A DNA stretch of 64,000 nucleotides. Source: Pseudomonadota bacterium. GTDB lineage: Bacteria > Pseudomonadota > Alphaproteobacteria > Rickettsiales > SXRF01. The notes under the pieces are model-generated. The model worked only from the letters and a program-made list of their open reading frames with translations, was not told where the DNA came from and made no database searches. The stretch is taken from NCBI GenBank assembly GCA_028873525.1, contig JAGWIM010000001.1:2068-66067 (forward strand). Direction: 5' to 3'. This document shows, one piece after another, positions 59,150-64,000 of the stretch (the stretch's first letter is position 1; every line of letters starts with the position of its first letter). A program made the position numbers and the translations under genes.

Positions 59150-59530
59150 TCATGCCACTTCCTCTTCGCCTAGAAACTTTCGCACCGTGTTGAGGAACGG
59201 CACGATGGAGATCGGCTTGGAGATGTAGGCCTCGCAGCCGGCGGAGAGAATTTTTTCCTCGTCATCCTTCATGGCGAACGCGGTGACGGCGATGATGGGG
59301 ATGTTGCGGATGGCGTCATCGGATTTAAGGCGGCGCATCACGTCCAGCCCGGAAATTTCGGGAAGCTGGATGTCCATCAGGATGAGGTCGGGACGCTCGC
59401 TTTTGGTGAGCGAAACGGCCTCGATACCTTCCTTGGTTTCGATGGTCTCGTATCCATGCGCCGTCAGCAGATCGCGAAACAGCTTGAGATTGAGGTCGTT
59501 ATCCTCGACGATGAGTATTCGTTTCTTCAT
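59150..59530 (-). CDS. divK: DivK-type single-domain response regulator
   Basis: 126 aa. [22 protein letters not shown]...[13 protein letters not shown]...[10 protein letters not shown]...YISKPI. Directly upstream of pleD, as in Caulobacter. Confidence 0.8.
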   Translation of the reverse strand: MKKRILIVEDNDLNLKLFRDLLTAHGYETIETKEGIEAVSLTKSERPDLILMDIQLPEISGLDVMRRLKSDDAIRNIPIIAVTAFAMKDDEEKILSAGCEAYISKPISIVPFLNTVRKFLGEEEVA

Positions 59531-59634
59531 GACTCGCGGGTAGCGTTGCGGTAGTTTTTTAAGGTATGATTCCGAGAACTAACGTCATTGTAAGCGCCCA
59601 ATCATTAAAATTATGTTTATTCGGCCAGGTTTTT

Positions 59635-60159
59635 ATGCCCATCACGCTTGACGGCCAGAATCTTCATCCGGCTACGGAACTGATGCTGGAGGCGCTGGAA
59701 TGGCTGCACGAACGCCATGACGCGGCAACCGCGCTCGACCTGGGCTGCGGCGGCGGCATCCTGTCGGCGCTGGCGGCCAGCGTCTGGGGGGCCAGGGTGC
59801 TGGCGGCGGACATCGCCGCAAAAGCCGTGGAGGATACCCGGAAAAACATGGCGGCGCACGGCCTGGAGCGCCTGGTGACGGCGGTTCGCAGCGACGGGTT
59901 CTCCGCGCCGGAAATACGGGCGAACGCGCCCTACGACCTCATTTTCATTAACCTGCTGGCCGAGCCGATTGTGCGCTGGGCCGGCGATGTCAAGTCGCAT
60001 CTGGCTGAAAACGGGGTGGCGGCGCTGGGTGGCATCCTCGCCTGGCAGGCCGAGGGCGCGGCATTGGCCTATACAGGCTTAGGTTTTGAAATTATTAATG
60101 AATTTGCCAGACCGCCGTGGTACGCCTGCCTGCTGCGCGCGCCGGCGGCGCGGCATTAA
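59635..60159 (+). CDS. class I SAM-dependent methyltransferase, PrmA C-terminal-domain-like (short form)
   Basis: 174 aa from the ATG at 59635. LDLGCGGGILSALAA...VLAADI motif I/II. Lacks the N-terminal PrmA domain. Confidence 0.55.
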   Translation: MPITLDGQNLHPATELMLEALEWLHERHDAATALDLGCGGGILSALAASVWGARVLAADIAAKAVEDTRKNMAAHGLERLVTAVRSDGFSAPEIRANAPYDLIFINLLAEPIVRWAGDVKSHLAENGVAALGGILAWQAEGAALAYTGLGFEIINEFARPPWYACLLRAPAARH

Positions 60160-60162
60160 CCA

Positions 60163-60188
60163 CATTGTCACAAAAACTTAACTTGAGA
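60163..60188 (+). promoter_or_regulatory. conserved upstream block ACATTGTCACAAAAACTTAACTTGAG
   Basis: Matches 61006-61031 (CCATTGTCACAAAAGCTTCATTTGAG). Within the 24-nt core that starts at ATTGTCAC, 21/24 positions are identical. TTGAGA-N17-TATACT follows at 60183-60211. Confidence 0.4.
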
Positions 60189-60243
60189 CCGCTGTCCTGT
60201 AACCTTATACTTCAGGGAGCGTTAAAAAGCTGGAGTGGTTTTT

Positions 60244-60945
60244 ATGGGCTACCGCGAATCATATGGCGCATCGGGTTTCGGCCCTTTGGGGTGGGTTGGT
60301 TCGTTTTTTACGAACTTCTTTCCGTCCTATAGGGAAACCCCAAGGGGCCAACAAGCAACAGACCTGAACAAACGGCTTGGTGATATTGCAAACGAACCAA
60401 AGATTCTTGATGCTCAACTGAGAGCCGAACGTGCCAAACAACGTATAAGAGATAACGATGCACGCGCACGATACGCGTACCAACGACAACAGCATGGTGA
60501 TGCGGATGGCGGCGCATCATTTTCAGGGCAAGGCGAACAGTCCGGCATGGGGGTGCTCGGCACGGGAACGGTAGTCGCCGCCGCGCTGGCCGGCTTCGGC
60601 CTCGTATATAAACTGGCTTCCAGCCTGTTTGAAGGCGTCCCGCTGCTGGTCGCCTCGGCCTTCGCCGCCGTCGGTTTCGGCATACTTGGCAAAAAAACCT
60701 ATGATGCGGTTGCCGGCACGTTTCAGAACAAGGCGCCCGCGCTCGCATCGGGGGAAAATACGGAACCGGCACCATCCGTACCCGGACATGAAAAATCAGC
60801 GACGCACGGTGTCACCGCCGCTGCGATGGCAGATGTAAACCTTGCACAAAGCGGAAAATTAGCATCTCCCGCCACGCCGCCGCCCAAGAATCCTATTACC
60901 TCCTCCGTACCCCAAAAAAGCACCTCTGGCTTCCAACTTGGCTGA
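60244..60945 (+). CDS. hypothetical Gly-zipper membrane protein with a Pro-rich tail
   Basis: 233 aa from the ATG at 60244 (GGAG 8 nt upstream). Central GTGTVVAAALAGFGLVY / LLVASAFAAVGFGILG helices and a C-terminal P/S/T-rich tail. Confidence 0.45.
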   Translation: MGYRESYGASGFGPLGWVGSFFTNFFPSYRETPRGQQATDLNKRLGDIANEPKILDAQLRAERAKQRIRDNDARARYAYQRQQHGDADGGASFSGQGEQSGMGVLGTGTVVAAALAGFGLVYKLASSLFEGVPLLVASAFAAVGFGILGKKTYDAVAGTFQNKAPALASGENTEPAPSVPGHEKSATHGVTAAAMADVNLAQSGKLASPATPPPKNPITSSVPQKSTSGFQLG

Positions 60946-60960
60946 ATTTTTACGGAACTG

Positions 60961-60982
60961 TGACAATTCCATGACAATTCCG
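60961..60982 (+). promoter_or_regulatory. 11-bp-phased direct repeat TGACAATTCCA / TGACAATTCCG
   Basis: Two tandem units 115 nt upstream of the 61097 ORF. The inverted core ATTGTCAC follows at 61008-61015. Confidence 0.4.
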
Positions 60983-61005
60983 GGGTAAAATGGCGCCGTG
61001 GCCGC

Positions 61006-61031
61006 CCATTGTCACAAAAGCTTCATTTGAG
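61006..61031 (+). promoter_or_regulatory. conserved upstream block CCATTGTCACAAAAGCTTCATTTGAG
   Basis: Second copy of the block at 60163-60188, 66 nt upstream of the 61097 ATG. Confidence 0.4.
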
Positions 61032-61096
61032 GGAAACGGTTAAGTATGGGAGAATGAAGACAGGTTAAATAACACGGTGAATGAAAGAGTACCATT

Positions 61097-62836
61097 ATGC
61101 CCGCTGAAAAAAAATCCGCGCCTGCCGCCATCACTCCCGCTGATGACAATGACCAGGACGGCAAAAGCAATCCCGTCAGTAATAATATGGTCTCCGGAAT
61201 GCTGGCGCTGGCGGCGGGCGCGATTGCGTTCTTCGCCGGCGGCGAGGTCATCGGCCTGATCGGCGCGCTGATCATCGCCGCGATTGCATTCTTCATCGGC
61301 AGCGCGTTGGGGCTGGACAAGGGCGGCTTCTTCGCCAGCAAACCTGTCGCGCCCGCCGCGCCGCCCACACCCGATACACCAGCCGCTGCTCCTGCTGCTG
61401 CTACTGAGGCTACGACTGCCGCTGCCGATAAAGCCGCTGCCGATAAAGCCGCTGCCGACAAGGCCGCTGCCGCTAAGGCCGCTGCCGACAAGGCCGCTGC
61501 CGACAAGGCCGCTGCCGACAAGGCCGCTGCCGACAAGGCCGCTGCCGATAAAGCCGCTGCCGCTAAGGCCGCTGCCGCTAAGGCCGCTGCCGACAAGGCC
61601 GCTGCCGACAAGGCCGCTGCCGATAAAGCCGCTGCCGCTAAGGCCGCTGCCGATAAAGCCGCTGCCGACAAGGCCGCTGCCGATTATGATGATGCCAGGA
61701 ATATTAAGCTGACCAATCCTGAGGGCAGCGTGCGGCGGCTGGTGACGTTTAATGTGCCGGATAACAATGGTAACGTTATCGCAACCATAACCGGACAGGT
61801 ATCAGGTGTGTCCGGCGGTCTTCAGTTCACACCCCAAACAGTACAGACTCCACTAACTGCGAGTACTGACAAGCCCGTCGTGGAAGCAATCGGGTATAAA
61901 CATGCGATAAAGATAGGGGAAGATAATATTCTGCATATTGAAAATGCGAATATCAAAGAACAGTTTGCAGGTATGATCAGGGTAATAAACAATACTGCTG
62001 TCAAGCAACGTGAGCATGAACAGAAAGTCTCTAATGATGAACGTGAAGCTCAAGAACGCCAGGATCGTGCTGACTATATCGCCATTCTAAAACAACAACC
62101 AGAGTGGACAAATATTGTAACTACACCCATACCGAAAACCACCAGTACCACCGTAGATTTTGATGTCAAATTCGTCTTCAAGGATACGATAAAAGAATAT
62201 CACGTCAGTGCTACGCACGAAGGAAAAAGCCATCAATTAAAAATCAATAACGTTTCACACCACGAACGTAACATTATTACGGATCCCCTTTACATCAATT
62301 GTCCCAACGGACTATCAGATGTAAACCCACAGAATACCAAGCTTACCAATATGTTCCAGAAATTGGCAGCGCAGGAAGAAGAAAATGCGAAAACTGCCGC
62401 TGCTGCGAAAACTGCTGCTCCTGCTGCTGCCGCTAAGGCCGCCGCCGCCGCTGCCCCGGCTAAGCCACCTGAAACCGCAGTGAACGATGGTGACAAGCAA
62501 CTTTCTGATGAATTCTTGAATAGTTTCAAAACTAGGCTATACAAACCTCGTTTTGCTTCAGAAAATACTGCCCCGGCTACGGGATCTACCGAGAAAAAGA
62601 ATAACGGCGCTTCGACACCGAGTCCTGACTTGAATATGATAATGACGGCTCTCAGTAGGCCCGTCACTATCATGCCTCTCCCGCAGTTAATACAGGGAGT
62701 TGGTGCTGGAGTGACAAGCGCAGTTCAACTGGCCTGGGAGCAAGTCAGCGCGGGCAGCAGTCAAACCCCGGCAGGAAGCCCAACAGTTAAAAACCCTCCG
62801 GGCAATAAGAAATCCCCTCCGCCACATACACCTTGA
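61097..62836 (+). CDS. hypothetical membrane-anchored repeat protein ((A)3-4(D/A)K repeats)
   Basis: 579 aa: N-terminal Gly-zipper TM region, about 17 AAADK/AAAAK pentapeptides, an AT-rich central region with no recognisable motif, a second Ala-rich stretch and a Pro-rich C-terminus. Confidence 0.55.
   Translation: MPAEKKSAPAAITPADDNDQDGKSNPVSNNMVSGMLALAAGAIAFFAGGEVIGLIGALIIAAIAFFIGSALGLDKGGFFASKPVAPAAPPTPDTPAAAPAAATEATTAAADKAAADKAAADKAAAAKAAADKAAADKAAADKAAADKAAADKAAAAKAAAAKAAADKAAADKAAADKAAAAKAAADKAAADKAAADYDDARNIKLTNPEGSVRRLVTFNVPDNNGNVIATITGQVSGVSGGLQFTPQTVQTPLTASTDKPVVEAIGYKHAIKIGEDNILHIENANIKEQFAGMIRVINNTAVKQREHEQKVSNDEREAQERQDRADYIAILKQQPEWTNIVTTPIPKTTSTTVDFDVKFVFKDTIKEYHVSATHEGKSHQLKINNVSHHERNIITDPLYINCPNGLSDVNPQNTKLTNMFQKLAAQEEENAKTAAAAKTAAPAAAAKAAAAAAPAKPPETAVNDGDKQLSDEFLNSFKTRLYKPRFASENTAPATGSTEKKNNGASTPSPDLNMIMTALSRPVTIMPLPQLIQGVGAGVTSAVQLAWEQVSAGSSQTPAGSPTVKNPPGNKKSPPPHTP
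61418..61684 (+). repeat. 15-bp tandem repeat GCCGCTGCCGA(Y)AA(R), about 17.8 copies, coding
   Basis: Direct reading. Units differ only at GAT/GAC/GCT and AAA/AAG positions. The mirror ORF on the minus strand (61012-61671) is an artefact of the repeat. Confidence 0.9.
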
Positions 62837-62847
62837 GCGCAGCGCGA

Positions 62848-64000
62848 TTATCCTTTCCTCCCCTTCACCAGTTCCTCCACAATCTCCGGGTTGGTGAGGG
62901 TGGAGGTGTCGCCCAGCTTGTCGAATTCGCCCTCGGCGATTTTACGCAGAATGCGGCGCATGATTTTGCCTGATCGTGTCTTGGGCAGCGCCGGCGTGAA
63001 ATGAATGTGGTCGGGCGTGGCGATCGGGCTGATGGTTTTTCGCACATGCTGCACCAGTTCGCCACGCAGCGCGTCGCTGTGCTCAATGCCGGCATTCAGC
63101 GTGACATAGGCGTAAATCCCCTGCCCCTTGAGGTCGTGCGGGAAGCCGACCACCGCCGCCTCCGCCACCTGCGGATGCGCCGCCAGCGCGCTTTCGATTT
63201 CCGCCGTGCCGAGCCGGTGGCCGGACACGTTGATGACATCGTCCACCCGGCCGGTAATCCAGTAGTAGCCGTCCTTGTCGCGCCGCGCGCCGTCGCCGGT
63301 GAAATAGAGGCCACTGAATTGCGAGAAATAAGTCTGCTCGAAACGCGCGTGGTCGCCGTAAATCGTGCGCGCCTGCCCCGGCCAGGAATCGGAGATGGCA
63401 AGCATCCCCTCGCACGCGCCTTTCAGCATTTTTCCCGACGGATCGACGACGGCGGGTTTCACGCCGAAAAACGGCAGCGTCGCCGAGCCGGGTTTCAGCG
63501 CCGTCGCACCCGGCAGCGGCGTTATCATATGGCCGCCGGTTTCGGTCTGCCACCAGGTGTCGATCACCGGGCAGCGCCCGTCGCCGACGACGCGCCAGTA
63601 CCACAGCCACGCTTCGGGGTTAATCGGCTCGCCGACGCTGGCCAGCACACGCAGGGACGCGCGCGAATGTTGCTTCACCGGCGCATCGCCCTCGCGCATC
63701 AGCGCGCGGATGGCGGTGGGCGCGGTATAGAAAATCGTCACCTTGTGCCGGTCGACAATCTGCCAGAACCGACCCCAGTCGGGATAGTTCGGCACGCCCT
63801 CGTACATCACGCTGGTCGCGCCGTTTAAGAGCGGCCCGTAAACGATATAGGTATGCCCGGTCACCCAGCCGACATCGGCGGTGCACCAGAAAATATCCCC
63901 TTCCAATCCCCGCACTTGTTGCGGGGTCTGGTGCGCTTCGGGAACCGTACCACGCAATGCGCCCGCTTGCACGGGCTTATGCGGAGATGGTGGCGCATGG
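62848..64000 (-). CDS. acs: acetyl-CoA synthetase (C-terminal part; the ORF runs off the window)
   Basis: [49 protein letters not shown]. The frame stays open to position 64000. Confidence 0.9.
   Translation of the reverse strand, partial: HAPPSPHKPVQAGALRGTVPEAHQTPQQVRGLEGDIFWCTADVGWVTGHTYIVYGPLLNGATSVMYEGVPNYPDWGRFWQIVDRHKVTIFYTAPTAIRALMREGDAPVKQHSRASLRVLASVGEPINPEAWLWYWRVVGDGRCPVIDTWWQTETGGHMITPLPGATALKPGSATLPFFGVKPAVVDPSGKMLKGACEGMLAISDSWPGQARTIYGDHARFEQTYFSQFSGLYFTGDGARRDKDGYYWITGRVDDVINVSGHRLGTAEIESALAAHPQVAEAAVVGFPHDLKGQGIYAYVTLNAGIEHSDALRGELVQHVRKTISPIATPDHIHFTPALPKTRSGKIMRRILRKIAEGEFDKLGDTSTLTNPEIVEELVKGRKG
63906..63932. repeat. 27-nt hairpin element inside the acs coding sequence
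   Basis: atccccgcacttgttgcggggtctggt, 26/27 identical to 49257-49283. Read in frame as HQTPQQVRG. Confidence 0.6.

Noticed and set aside
60157-60180. CtrA-type box (TTAA-N7-TTAAC) near the conserved upstream block.
   Set aside because: TTAA (60157-60160) and TTAA (60178-60181) are 17 nt apart, not 7, so this is not a match.
61012-61671. 219-aa minus-strand ORF made of AALSAAAL repeats.
   Set aside because: It is a mirror image of the 15-bp coding repeat of the plus-strand gene. Its upstream part runs through that gene's promoter region. It is an artefact of repeat symmetry.
61418-61684. Regular short repeats considered as a possible CRISPR array.
   Set aside because: The units are 15 bp and head-to-tail with no spacers. 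They are in frame in a long ORF, and no cas genes are nearby. This is a coding tandem repeat.

Overview
GC-rich chromosomal window that looks alphaproteobacterial from gene content and order (rpsA-sppA-ihfB-lapA-trpFBA; rpsT-dnaA-dnaN-recF-gyrB; divK-pleD; tatABC). Most of it is housekeeping: pyrF/pyrC/pyrB, rpsA, trpFBA, gyrB, recF, dnaN, dnaA, rpsT, mutM, ubiE/ubiB, groES-groEL, tRNA-Arg(ACG), rpmJ, surE, serS, tatA/B/C, nagZ, argS, dgt, erpA, xth, pleD/divK and a partial acs. Four things stand out. (1) Visibly AT-richer 'wedge' genes, mostly toxin-antitoxin-like, sit between normally adjacent or co-transcribed core genes: pyrB|pyrC, rpsA|sppA, trpB|trpA, dnaA|dnaN, tatB|tatC, tatC|serS. One intact IS1595-family element with an 8-bp target duplication lies in the tat operon. 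(2) Several families of short palindromic repeats (MITE/REP/RPE-like) occur between genes and also in frame inside core genes (trpF, recF, xth, surE, acs). (3) There are lineage-specific clusters I cannot assign to named systems: three tandem paralogous membrane proteins followed by a catalytically degenerate histidine kinase; a GtrB-like glycosyltransferase with three GT-C modules, two of them fused; an outer-membrane barrel plus a processive GT2 synthase with an MshEN-like N-terminus; and repeat-rich Pro/Ala proteins that share upstream DNA motifs. (4) groES carries an in-frame TAG while groEL is intact. All calls come from reading the sequence and ORF translations. No database search was run, and composition statements are by-eye estimates.
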